Below, one piece after another: positions 25,418 to 37,472 of a stretch of 64,000 bases of DNA (its first letter is position 1; each line of letters begins with the position of its first letter). Below the pieces are notes generated by a model that saw only the letters and a program-made list of their open reading frames with translations, did not search any database and was not told the DNA's origin. Source of the stretch: Podarcis pityusensis (lineage: Eukaryota); the NCBI GenBank assembly GCA_964106645.2, contig OZ078259.1; one strand, 5' to 3'. Position numbers and translations under genes: made by a program.

Positions 25418-26340
25418 CTAGAAGCCTGGTATGGGGAACCTGTGGCCTTCCAGATGCTGTTGAACTACAACTCCCATCAGCCCCGGCAAGCATGGCCAGT
25501 GGTGATGGGAGCTGTTGTCCAGCCACATCTGGAGGGGAGGGCCTGCTTATAACTTAAGGACTTTGCTAGGGGTTATCAATTCCAGTATTTAGGATGCCTC
25601 CAGCATCCTAAGTATAAGCTGCTTAAAACATTTCAACAAAGTGTACAATTGGATCTGTTTCAGTGAGTTCAAGTTTTTAGAAACAATATATATCTCAGAA
25701 ATGTAAGCAAAGCAAGATTCTTAGCCTCAAATTAAACATGGTGTCAGTGTCGCAAATGTAACTAGCATGCATGGGTTTGTTTTTTTATGTAAGTAGCAGC
25801 CATTGCAATGCCTGGGAAACATTGACACTTCAGGGGAATATCTTTCTATCCTTCCCACAATTCTGATGAAAACCATGTCTCTGAAGCTGCTGCTTGCGTT
25901 TCAAGGCAAGTCTCCATTGGCACCTTGTAAAGCAACTAGCAGTTACAGAGGGCAGGTTTTTGTGGGAGATGGTGCAGGGAGAGAAAGATTTAAACTCCCC
26001 TTCCCCATAGACCCACAGCGGCTGCTGAATACATAACAAAGGATATCTTTAACCTTATATATACTTTAGACCTTAGTTATGGTACTCACATTCTCTATAC
26101 TTCAGGATAAAGAGGGGAATTTAGCTGTATCATCAGAAGTAGTGGCAATGAGACTTTTCTGTGCCAGATCAGAAAACTGCATGATATGTGTTGGGGGCGT
26201 GTGTGTGCCTGCACATTCATGCACACACATGCAAAAAGCCTCCTCACCATTTGGTATACTGTTAAAACTGTCAGTGTATCAAGCCCATGCCATAGGAAGT
26301 TACTATGTGCTAGATGGTGTCCTCTGATAACCCTTTAGAT

Positions 26341-26451
26341 CAGCTTTTCTCAACCTATGGGTCCCCAGATGTTGTTGAACTACAACCCCCATCACTCCTA
26401 GCTAGGAAGCTCAGGGGACTCATCTGGGGACCCACAGGTTGAGAACCGCTG
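26341..26451. mobile_element. hAT MITE with SPIN-like termini
   Basis: Perfect 8-bp TSD CTTTAGAT; right end is the reverse complement of CAGCGGTTCTCAACCTGTGGGTC. Confidence 0.85.
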
Positions 26452-27267
26452 CTTTAGATGAATATTTGGCAAACAATGAATTCATTTTTGGCATAGTAGG
26501 CTCAAATGTTTGGGGGGAATATGGCTCCTAACATACCCTCAGACACAGGTGAGGAGAATGTGACCTTACAGATATTGTCAGTGAACAACTCCCTGACCAC
26601 TGGCCATGCTGGCTAGGGGGTGATGAGAGTTGAAGACAAACAGCAACCGTGAAGCCACTGGTTCCCTATCCCTGGTCTAGAATGAACACAAGAGGAAGAG
26701 CATTTTTTAGACATGACACTAAGAATGGCTTTCGCATCCCTGCTGCATTACTTGTGCTCTGGAACAGAGTGTTCTTTTAAAAAGGAAAACTCAAATATAC
26801 AATCCAATGGATGTGGCTCATTCCTTCCATTTACAAATGCAGGAAATTCAAAGTTCTCCACAAATAGAATTAGTGAGGGAGGTCCACATGGAAGAACGTC
26901 TGTTCAGTTGTGGACCAATCAAGCGACCGGATGCTGTTTACATAGAGCAAAACTGGGGAACCTGCTGCCCTCCAGATGTTGTCGAATGCCAACTCCCGTT
27001 AGCCCCAGCCACAATGGGCAGTGGTCAGAATGGGTAGCGGTCAGGAGTTGGAGTACAAATACCTAGGGGGCAACGTATTAGTCCCCACTGACATATGGGA
27101 ATACTGCATGTCAAATTTGTGACTGTTTTATCTGGCCTAATAGGTATGGCTTCCTACAAAATCCTGGGGTAGGTCTTCTGGATCTGTGGCCTCTCTGACA
27201 AAATACAATTTCCAGAGTTCTCTCAGTGGAATGACTATTAAGCTACTTGATGTATTATTAAACTAGT

Positions 27268-27440
27268 CAGTGGCAGAGCATCTGCTCTGCATTCATAAGG
27301 TCCCAGGTTCAATCCTCAGCATCTCCAGGGTATGCTGGGAATGTAACCCTGCCTGAAACGCTGCAGAGCTGCTACCAATCAGTGTAGACAATACTAAGCT
27401 AGATGGACCAGTCGTCTGACTCAGTATGAAGCACTTTCTG
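27268..27440 (+). mobile_element. tRNA-derived SINE (Squam2-like)
   Basis: A-box/B-box head (cagtggcagagc...ggttcaatcc) plus shared body. Other copies at about 14876-15030(-), 30913-31062(-), 57421-57512(+), 58643-58780(-) and 62667-62830(+). Confidence 0.8.
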
Positions 27441-27547
27441 TTGAACCTGTAGATACCAACCCTCAACAGAAATGTATCCATGAGTAGTGGGGAAGTTGAC
27501 ATAATGCTAATAAGCAACTTTCCTCCACTCCTGATTCTGAGTGCCAA

Positions 27548-28237
27548 GTGTCTGAGGACCAGGACATTTGCAAGAAAACCAGAATGCTTGTTTACAAAGC
27601 CATTGTACTACCAACCTTACTATATGCTTGTGAAACCTGGACCACTTACGAACACCATCTCCAACTCCTGGAAAGATCCCATCAATGGTGTCTCCGAAAA
27701 TTTTTACATATCACTTGGGAAGACAGATGAACTAATGGCAGTGTACAGTGTCGAAGCAATGATTCTTCAACATCAACTTCGTTGGACTGGTCATGTTGTG
27801 CAGATGCCTGGTTATCGTCTTCGAAAGCAACTATTCTATTCCAAACTCAAAAATGGAAATCATAATGCTGGTGTTCAACAAAAGAGGTTTAAAAACTCTT
27901 TCAATGCAAATCTAAAAAAAATGTAGTATAAACACCAACAATTGGGAAACACTGGCCTGCGAGTGCTCCAATTGGACAACAGCCTTTATCAAAGGTGCCG
28001 TGGACTTTGAAGATGCTTGAACTCAGGACGAAAGGGAGAAACGTGCTAAGAGGAAGGCATGCTTGGCAAACCCTCACTTTGATCAACTCCCGCCCGGAAA
28101 CCTATGTCCCCACTGTGGAAGGACGTGTGGATCCAGAATTGGCCTCCACAGTCACTTACGGACTCACTGTTAAGACAGTGTTCATTGAAGGCAATCTTAC
28201 TCAGCTATGAGTGATCGCCAAAGAAGAAAGAAGAAGC
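27548..28237 (+). mobile_element. RTE-clade LINE 3' fragment (not Bov-B)
   Basis: VYKAIVLPTLLYACETWT...QLRWTGHVVQM..RLRKQLFYS, C-terminal CPHC...HLRTH zinc finger, GAA-rich tail; frameshifted. Confidence 0.88.
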
Positions 28238-31200
28238 ATCCATTTTGTCAAGAATTTTGAGGGAAATCATGTTTTGATTCATTTTAAATGCTCTTCCTCA
28301 GCAACAACAAATCTCCCTTTCTCTCTCTCTTTTTTAAAGTGGACATTGAAACCCCATATTTTCAATGGGGGAAATTGCCAGTATGAATGGAGCTCAAATG
28401 GTTGACATGAGCCTTTTGCCCTTGGAATAGTATGTAAAGGTGAACAACCAGTTTTGTGCTTTCCCTTGGTCATGCAAGATGTTTTTCTTTTTATCTACTT
28501 CAGTGTGTTGTCAGATCGTCCTACCTGCTTCCTTTTTTTCTTTTCTTTTGATTTGGTGATCAGCATTTTGCTTTGATGCTACAATAATAAATCCCAAATC
28601 AAGAAGAGGTCAAAGGTCTGCTATAGAACCTTTGACCATAAGTCCCCAGATTAAAACCGTACAAAGATCACATTCCTGGGGGAGATAACTCCTGCCACAA
28701 AATAAAAGGGGAAATGATTTTTGCCTATAAATACTGTAGGTGTGGAAGGGCAATACAGAACTGGCTTGGCTCCATATTGACACTTAGTTGGAAGGAAAGT
28801 GTCTCCCTTCATAGAAGAGTCAGTTACATTCCATGTTCTCTGTGATATTTTTGTGTTACCAAGAGACAGAACTCAGGGCTGCTTCATTCTCAGTGACTTC
28901 CATAGAAAGCTTAAGAGGGCAGAGGACAGGACAATGTTTGATGAAGTGCAGGCTGGAATGGGATGGGACACTGCCACACCCACCTCTGCCTGCCCTTAGC
29001 CAGCCCCTCCACCTGCCTGCCCTCCATTGGCATTGCTTGTCAATTTCCTCCTCTTCCTTTGTCTCAAGGTTGCCCTTGTGGAACTCACCAGGGAGTTTTG
29101 TGGCAACAAAACTAGAATTAATTGGCTCCACCTGCCATTGGTTCTTCCTTGTTATTGGCTCTGGCTCTGCTGTTCATGCATTCTGCCTTCACCTAAAGAA
29201 TTCTGGGAGCTGTAGTTTGCCCAGGATGCTGACAGTTTGGAGACCTGCCCCCACTCCCCTCACAGAATGACAGTGCCCAGAGTGGTTTAAGAGTCAATCT
29301 CTCTTTGGGCAAAACTGGGAATTGGAGCTTTGGGAGGGGAATAGTGGTGAGCACCATTAATGAGCTACAGCTCTCAGAATTCATTCTGGGAAGCTGTGAC
29401 TGTTTAAAATTGTATCATAGTGTTTTAAATGTATGATGCGAATACAGCCTTTGTAGGCCTTCTGTCCGTTTGCATGTAGGGATAGCTAACATGAGGGCTC
29501 CTATGTTGTTGGGTTCTTGAATGAGTAAGAGGTGTGTGTGGCAGTCCCTGTAACTCCCCTCTCCTTCGACTCCTGCCCATGCTCATGACATTTTCATGCC
29601 ACAATACAATAAAGGTGTGGGAAGGTTTTTTTGCTGCAAGATACCAACACAGCCACTCTCTGAGCATGTATGTCCATGGATAACCTGGTTCCACCATCCA
29701 CAGTCCATTTTAAATTCCTATTCCTGATGCAACATTGCTTCGGTGGCATTGCAGAAAAATGTAAATGGTTGTCTTGCCACCACCAGATAATCCAACAGCT
29801 TGGGGCCCAGTAGAGGCTGGTTTATTTGGGCAAAAGGGGTGCTGCCCCATTAACCCGAGTCTGCCCTTGGGCAGTCCCCACTGGCCTGATTCCTGACTTA
29901 CAGCCTGTCAGGAGGCGATTCTCTTTGCCATTGGTTCTAGATCTACCTCCTGTTGGGTGTCCTACTTTCCACACCACTGCCGGAAAACACTAACTGGTCT
30001 TCATCAGTGAGCCCATTCTCATGTTCTTTCTCATTATAGCAACAACTAAAGGATAGCTTTCATTGCTGTTTTCAGATTCATTTAAAAGTGCTACGATTAA
30101 AGGGGAATCGGTCAAGACCACAGTAACATTTGGGACCCTTCCTCCATTCTGTGTAGGGTTTGAATTGGTTCATTTGTTTTTGGCTCTACCAAGTCCTCTT
30201 TCAGTAGGCAGCATTCAACTAGGGCTGTAGTCCAGTAAGAGAAATATTAGTCAATGAATGGTAGCAGCTAAAGAATCAATTAATAAATAAAATATGCAGA
30301 AATATGCATATGAGGAAAAACGTTGATTGGTTCAAGAAGGAAACACCCTTTGGTGTTTTTTTTCATAACTCACACATCCAGCAAAGCAGACACCACATCT
30401 GAGAAGAAGTATTCTTTCCTCTCTGATATACATGGAAGGAATGCTTCCAATAAGATACCACATTACCTGCTGGGTGGTTGTTTTTTTGTTAACTTATTAA
30501 AAATAATTTAACAAATTAAAGACCTGTTACCTGCAACCTGATTAATCAAGGGTGCATTTTTCATTGATCCAACCAGTTTTAATAGATTCAGGGATGGGGG
30601 ACCTGTGGTCCTCCAGATGTTGCTGGACTCCAACTCTCATCAGCCCCTAGCTCACAGGGTCAGTGCTCAGGAATGATGGGAACTGTAGTCCAACAAACAG
30701 AGGGCCATAGGTTTCCCCATCCCCTATCTAACCAATGAATCAAATATAGTAGTGGGACTGATTTCTGAGCGAACATGATAAGCTTGTATTGCAGGTGCTG
30801 AAGCCCGAGTTTCAGCTATCTATAGGTCCATGTGAATCTGGAGTAACTGAACGATTGGAGTTCATTAAGGCTGAGTAAGGGCTTGGGGAAAAGCCATAGG
30901 AACAAAGATGAGGACATAGGAAGCTGCTATTGGCCCATCTAACTCAGTACCATCCAGTCTGATTGGTCACTGATCTCCAGGAGCTTTTCCCAGCTGTCTA
31001 GAGATGCCAGGGAACCTGAGACCTTCTGCATGCAAAGCAGATGCTCTGACACTGAACTACAACCCCCCCCCCCCAGCATTGCTTTTTCTACAGTGACTCG
31101 ACTGACATTTCAGGAGGGTCCCAAGGGACATGACAGATTTCTCTCTCTCTCTCAGACCTTCCTAATTAACCCAGATTGGGACAACGGAGCGCTGCATATA

Positions 31201-31477
31201 TCTGTCAAGTAGATATAAACATAAGGAACACCCAACAGATGCCTGCCAATCACATGAGTGGGGGGGGGGAGGAAAGTGGAGAATTTGAGAATGAGTTATA
31301 TTACATTTTTTAAAAATAAAGAACACCCACCCTAATGTTTTGTGCTCATATCAGTAAATGAAGTTAAATGAAACTGTGTGTCTCGTAAGAACCTTTTGCT
31401 CATTTTTGTTAAAAAACAAAATGTTACTACTAATCTAAATGAAACCCTCCCCACTAACTCATGCATCTACTTCGTCA

Positions 31478-31983
31478 TTTATTTAAAATACTATCATTAT
31501 GACATGAGCCTTCGCTCTTTGTCTCTCTCCACAGTCTTACTTTTCACCAGCTACTCATCTCCCCCCTGCCCTTTCTCTCGCCCAGTTTCATACAGTACAA
31601 AGGCTATAAACTAATGTACCAGTCTATGGGCTTTTATGGGGCGGGGAAGGAAAAGGGGGCGTGGAACGCAGGAAAGAGGAACTATTTGCTTGGGAGCCAC
31701 TGTTACAGGAAAAGGTCTCACAGTCCGGTTGGCTGTTGGTCCACAACTAACATGTTTCTCCGACCTTTTTTGCTGCATGGGTCAATACCCCCCCTCAAAA
31801 TGGCGGTGATGTTGGTGGCTCCAGGCATCTAAGAGAGGCTCCAAAAGGTTAATAGGTTTCATGGTGTTCATCTTGCTTTCCTTTGCGATGGCGGAATCAA
31901 AATGGAGGGCTGTTGATGCCATGTTGTTGGGCGTTGCCATGTTCCTCCTGAGCTCAATGCTAGTGCCATGATATTTATTTATT
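31478..31983 (-). terminator. Candidate proximal poly(A) hexamers
   Basis: Minus-strand AATAAA at 31974-31983 (two overlapping) and 31478-31483. Usage unknown. Confidence 0.3.
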
Positions 31984-32219
31984 TTTTCTGTGGATGATCT
32001 GGCAGCAGCCTTGAAATTTCATTTTTTTTAAAAAAAATGAAAGTCTCTTAATTTAACACTCCTGTTGTCACAGAGCCTGAAGTCAGCATGAAGGTAGAGC
32101 TGAGGAAAATATGGCTGTAAGAGTCTGAGCTGAGAAATCAGGGGGCACGTGAGGGTTTGGGGAGTCATCTGTGAAGATGGGCATTCTTTTCAGGGTTCCC
32201 CCTTGTTTTCCCTTGAATT

Positions 32220-32377
32220 TCATGAGGCAAAATAAGAACTCTGCATAGAGTACAGCCTGTCAATTGGGTTTCCAACCCTGGCCTGCATGGAGTTTACTTC
32301 TGAGGAGGCCAGGAAACAGTCGCTCAAGCTAGTTAGAGAGGTATCGCTGTCGATGTCGTGGAAAATCGAGTCATTCC
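32220..32377 (-). CDS. LMX1B: LMX1B last coding exon 8, to the stop codon
   Basis: (G)[51 protein letters not shown] then TGA (32220-32222). Acceptor ctcacag. The six exons total 877 nt; with 2 nt from exon 2 this gives 293 whole codons. Confidence 0.98.
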
Positions 32378-32988
32378 CTGTGAGGCACAAAAAACAGCAA
32401 CACAAGCACATTAGTACACGCTGAATTGCTCACTCAGAGAAAGAGACCTGGGGTTCCCTTATCACCTCATGCAATGGAAGCCCATCTGCACACACAGCAG
32501 AATAATGTGATATGGATTTTCTTGAGTCATGCCACTTCACACTGCATTTGGAGGGAAATCTCATGCTTGATTGCTGCCCCTACATGAAAAATACCCCTTT
32601 TGCAGAACATGAGTATGCCAAGGGCAGCCTGACATGCTAATTCCCCTCCTCTCTCCCTTTCTCCTTCTCATTGCTATTTTCCCATGGGCGTGGTTGGGGG
32701 CATCTGCAGGAATTTTTGGTGGACAGGGAGAGTAAAAGTTCTAAAAATGCTAGAAACTTTGGCTGAATTCACAGGGCAGTTTAATCTGACATTCCCCTAA
32801 CAGTTTCCCACCTTGGATTTGAGCTTTCATGAAATGTAAGAAGTACTTCTGGCGCTGCCACATAATATGGCAAGTTTAGCACTCATTCCCAGTGTTATTT
32901 GCAAATAACATGGAAATGAGTGCTAAACTTGTGCTACGTTCCACTGTATTTTGAGAAGTGTCTTTTATGTTGTACGAAAGCTCAAATA

Positions 32989-33172
32989 CCGTATTTACTC
33001 AAACCTAGTGCTCACCTTTTTTGGCCAAATTATTTTTTTGCAAAAATGAAGGTGTGCATTAGATTCGATGGCACATTTACATTTGCCAGCAAATACTTTT
33101 TTTTTGTTTCAAGGTTCTGAAAATTGAGCTGTGCATTAGATTCGATGGCACATTAGACTCGAGTAAATACGG
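32989..33172. mobile_element. Tc1/mariner (pogo/Tc2-like) MITE in intron 7
   Basis: TIR CCGTATTTACTC / GAGTAAATACGG, TA TSD, internal direct repeat tgtgcattagattcgatggcacatt. Confidence 0.88.
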
Positions 33173-34622
33173 TATAATGTGGAAATTGACAATTATTGAA
33201 ACATCCGGGAAACAGAATAAACTGCTATGTGAATTCAGGCTAACTCATTAAAAACAAAATGAAAGCCAAGTGTCTGGAGATTATGGTTCATCCACCGTAA
33301 AGGGGGAGGCAGCTGCCCCTCTTGTGGAAACCAGTGTAACCAGTGTTATTATTCATGTGCTGTATCACTGTAGGTGGAGAAAATCTCATGTCTGAGCAAA
33401 CACAGTGAAAATTCTCCCTGTATGCAGCAATTGAGCCCATTAGGGAGAAAGCTAGCCTAAAACCCTGCTCCCTCTCAGGCTAATTTTCTACAGCATTCCA
33501 GCCAAGCAGTCTGGAGTGGTATAGTCCTGGCAAAGGATTTAGGGGAGGTGCGGGGGGACACTGTGGGAGAGGTGGGGAAAGGGATATTGCACTAGTGTGA
33601 GTACTTGCACTGGCTTCCGCTAGTGTACTGGATTAATTAAACCCAGCCCGGTGAGTCTAAGTTAGTCCCATCCATTATTTTCAATAGGTTGGCTCTGAGT
33701 GGGACTAACATTTGCCTGCAAATCCAAAGCTTTATTTCTCTGGGCTCCTAATCATTGCAGAGTTTAGTGACTGCATTGCGAGGGTGGAGAAGAGGTGAGG
33801 ATTTGCCAAGGACTTGTTTGCATTGCAGTCTGCAGCATTTAGGAAGGGCTTTAAAAAGAAAAGAAAAATCAAAAAGAGAAAGTTCCTTTTCTAACTGACA
33901 TGAGTAAGTGATCTGTGGGAAGCTGTTTGGTCATAGAGAAGAGATTCTGCATTCCATCCCAGGAAACTGTGGCTCCCAGGAATGGCGGTATCAAATGGTG
34001 TCAGTGGCAAATATGGAACTGGGAGAAGAGCAAAGCTTTTGCTCACTCGCTCCATTAACGGAAGCTGCCCACTCTTCAGTCCACCCTGTGACCTCCCCTA
34101 CCAGTTTAACACACAGTTCCTCCACTGTGGCAGGAGATAGCTTTCTGGACTAGATGAGCCTTTAGTCTGATCCATCAAGGCAAGAGTCATTATTTTACCA
34201 GCATTATGTGGCCTGGTGGACTCAGTGTGGAATATAGAACAGCAGGTGCCTGCTCAGTCCCACAGACTGACTAGGTGGCCTCGGATCTGTCGTGATCTTC
34301 CAACCACAAATCCTTCATCTTCTGATTGGGAATCTTAAATGTTACACCCCACACACTGTTGTTGTGTGACGATTGAGGAGATAAGGTCTGCACATCAATT
34401 TGCATTGCTAAGGAATTGTATAAGCAAGGTGATAACTCAGCCTTCTGCCAAAACCACATCTGACTTTGCATTCCTCATGATGAGGTAGTGGAGAGACAGG
34501 TTATTGAGGGTGCTGGATTCTTTTCTGCCTCCTTAGAATATGAAGCAAGCATCTAGACTACATACTTTGGTTGGCTTCATACCAGTTTAGCTGCCATGGC
34601 TTCATTGTCTCCTTCCCATGAA

Positions 34623-34796
34623 CAGAGGCAGATTTAGGGGAGTGAGACTGGTTTGGTTGCACTGGGTGAAGAGGCTTGGGGGTGCTACCAGGGACACCTC
34701 AACTAATATTTAGAAGAAAGCATGAGAAGTGGGGAGGGCTGAATTCTGACATCAAACAGGGCACCACGGAATTTGAGACCCCAAAGTCTGCCACTG
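34623..34796. mobile_element. hAT-type MITE nested in a palindromic element
   Basis: CAGAGGCAGA / TCTGCCACTG ends flanked by duplicated CCATGAA. Confidence 0.7.
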
Positions 34797-35793
34797 CCAT
34801 GAATCCTGGGAAGCAGAGTTTGGGGAAGGTGAAAAGAATTCTCTGGAGAATATCCCATGATCCCCTCCCTCACAGAGCTGAAGATCCCAAGGCCTCCATC
34901 AGAGAGTTATAGTTTAAGCAATTATTATAGGCATGCCCCAAATCCCCATGAGACCTACTAGGAATGCTGGATTGACAATATATCACATAAGTAGGGCATT
35001 GTGATGTCAAAGGTAAAACAGCTAATAGTTCAAGTCTGGACCATCTCCAGAAGCAAATGGTCAGCTTTTGAACCATTTTGCAAGCTGCTGGGCTAGTTTT
35101 AAAAACCAGTTAATACAGGCACAAGGGCTGTGGTGACAGCAGGAAGATTCCTCCTGCTTCCCTTGGTTTTTTGTTTTTCCTTCCAGAAGAAATTACATTT
35201 CCCAAGATCCCTGACATTTAGATCGCTATCATAGTGGCAACCCAAAAACCTGAGCTAGAGAGGGCCCTGGTATCTTTGTGTGGCTTCTGCCGGCCAGCTA
35301 AGAAGATTTAGGGGGATTTTGGGTGAGAAGGGTAAGGGCTGGTGGGAAGTTAAGGGAAGAATTCAGAGCCTGCTACATTTCCAGTGGCATTACTAGAAGT
35401 ATGATGGCGCTTGAAAGGGCTCATAATTCTTCATTCAGAAATGCCATTGCTTTGAACTACTATATAAAGGAGCAGAAGTCTTTCTGGTAGAGTCCAGCAC
35501 AAGCAGAACAGAAAGGAGAGGCTTCCAGAGGCTCAATGGAGACTCATCTTCCCTCTTTGCTTGTTTTGGACCCTGGTGGAAGGAACTCTATTTCCTCCAG
35601 AAGATGACCAAAACAATGCCTTGGATACAAACAGCATCTAATCTTAGCATTTGAATCAAGTTGCTCCCAGGGCTTTCCACCCTGTAGAATGACAGGGAGA
35701 CCTCTCAAGAGTGTGGGCTTGGGAATCCTAGACCGAAGCTTCCATGTTCTACCTTGGACATGCCAACAGCAGCTGGTTCCCAGTGAGTCTTAC

Positions 35794-35955
35794 CATAGGG
35801 GTTCATGTGGTCACCTGGCATTTGTGGTGGTGTGAGACCTTGCTGGAAGGGGTCAGTGGCATAGCTGCTCTGATCCATCGCTACAATCTGCTGCTGTGGC
35901 GGTGCAAGCGGCGTATAAGAGGTCATCATCCCCTCCATTCGGTTGGACATCACTT
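35794..35955 (-). CDS. LMX1B: LMX1B coding exon 7, 162 bp (141 bp with the internal donor, ending at 35815)
   Basis: (E)[53 protein letters not shown](G). Acceptor tttgcag; two in-frame donors, CCAG|gtgacc and TATG|gtaaga. Confidence 0.96.
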
Positions 35956-36198
35956 CTGCAAAGAAAGACAATTGACTTCATCTAAAGCTCCTCCTATGAG
36001 ATTGCTGAAATTACAGTGCTCTCGGCCTTTGAAGTTGCCCCTGTTTTCTTTCCATTTGGGGCTGAGTTTAAAAAGGGGGGAGGGGGCAAGCACCACAAAC
36101 ATTTTCATCACCATGAAGCACCGCCCTCCCCAGTCCAGTGATTGGAAGGGACTGACTGCAGGGAAAGGGGATAACAGTGTTCACATTTTCAGGAAATA

Positions 36199-36726
36199 CC
36201 GGATTTTTCACTCTATAGGACGCACTTTTCCCCCTCCAAAAATTAAGGGGAAATGTTTGTGCGTCCTATGGAGCGAATGCAGGCTCCTTGGCTTCAGCGA
36301 TAGCAATGCAAAGCCTCCGAAGCGCAGAGGGAGCGCTCCCTCCGCGCTCCTTGGCTTCGGGTTGCTTTTGCTGAAGCCTGGAGAGCGAGAGGGGTCGGTG
36401 CGCACTGACCCCTCTCGCTCTCCAGGCTTCAGGGATAGCCACCTGAAGCCTTCAGAGCGCAGTGCGAGTTTCTGCTGCACTCCACAGGCTTCGGGTTCCT
36501 TTTGCTGAAGCCGGGAGAGCAAGACTCTCCTGGCTTCAGCAGAGAGGGAGAGCTGCGCAGCACCCCTTCAGCCAAGCGGGAGGAGAAATGGAAGGGGCTC
36601 CGTTTCTCCTGCCGCTTCGCTGAAGGGGCACTGAGCAGAGAGGGGGATAATTTTTTTTCTTGTTCTCCCCCTCTAAAACAAGGTGCGTCCTATGGTCCGG
36701 TGCGTCCTATAGAGCGAAAAATACGG
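36199..36726. mobile_element. Young GC-rich Tc1/mariner (pogo/Tc2-like) MITE in intron 6
   Basis: 27-bp TIR CCG(G/T)ATTTTTC(A/G)CTCTATAGGACGCAC, TA TSD, retained CpGs, internal palindromes. Confidence 0.92.
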
Positions 36727-37434
36727 TACACTGCCATCTAGTTCAGCATCCTGTTCTCACAGGGCCCATCCAGATGCCTGGGGGGAACCTACATGTAGGA
36801 CCCAAAGACAAGACCACTTTCTCCTCCTGTGGCTTCATGAAACTGGCATTCAGAAGCATTAATGCCTCTGATCATGGAGGCACAGAACTAGCCTTGTCCT
36901 CCATGAATGTATCCAATCCTCTTTTAAAGCCATCCAAGGTAGTGGATATTATTGCCTCCTGTGGGAGTGAGTTCCATAGTTTAACTATGTACTGCTGGAT
37001 CTTCCAACACTCAGCTTCAGTAGATGCCTATGATGAGTTCTAGTGCTGGGGGGGGGGAGGATCTTCTCTCTCTCTCTTATTTTTTCCATGGCATGCATAA
37101 TCTACAAACTTCTGTCATTTCATCTCTAACTTGCCTTTTCTCTAAAGTAAAAAGTCCCAAATGTTGCAACCTTTCCTTCTCCGCCCCCTTGATCATTTTG
37201 GTTGCCCTTTTCTGAACTTTTCCAACTCTACAGTACACTATCCTATTTGAGCTGGGGCGACCAAAAAAATCACACCCTATTCCAATTGTGATCACACCAT
37301 AGATTTGCAATACAATTCTCAGGATCTTCTCCAAACTCCAGCTACTAAGATTCTTTGGGGGAAGCTATCCCTATTAAATTGTTATCAAACCAATGTGCAG
37401 CATAAGTGAGCCCTAAATCTTTTGCGGCTGCATT

Positions 37435-37435
<1 letters not shown>

Positions 37436-37470
<35 letters not shown>
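37436..37470. repeat. (CA)n microsatellite
   Basis: Direct reading. Confidence 0.95.

Positions 37471-37472
<2 letters not shown>

Larger units (their letters stand above)
21905..32219 (-). other. LMX1B: Putative long LMX1B 3' UTR (up to ~10.3 kb)
   Basis: Runs from the stop codon to a U-rich, repeat-free terminal block (21900-22500) ending in TGTAAATAAA with a downstream GU-rich tract. Continuity with the gene is inferred. Confidence 0.5.

Noticed and set aside
35744-36508. 254-aa plus-strand ORF, the longest in the window
   Set aside because: It is the antisense shadow of exon 7 running into a GC-rich palindromic MITE, with no recognisable domain.
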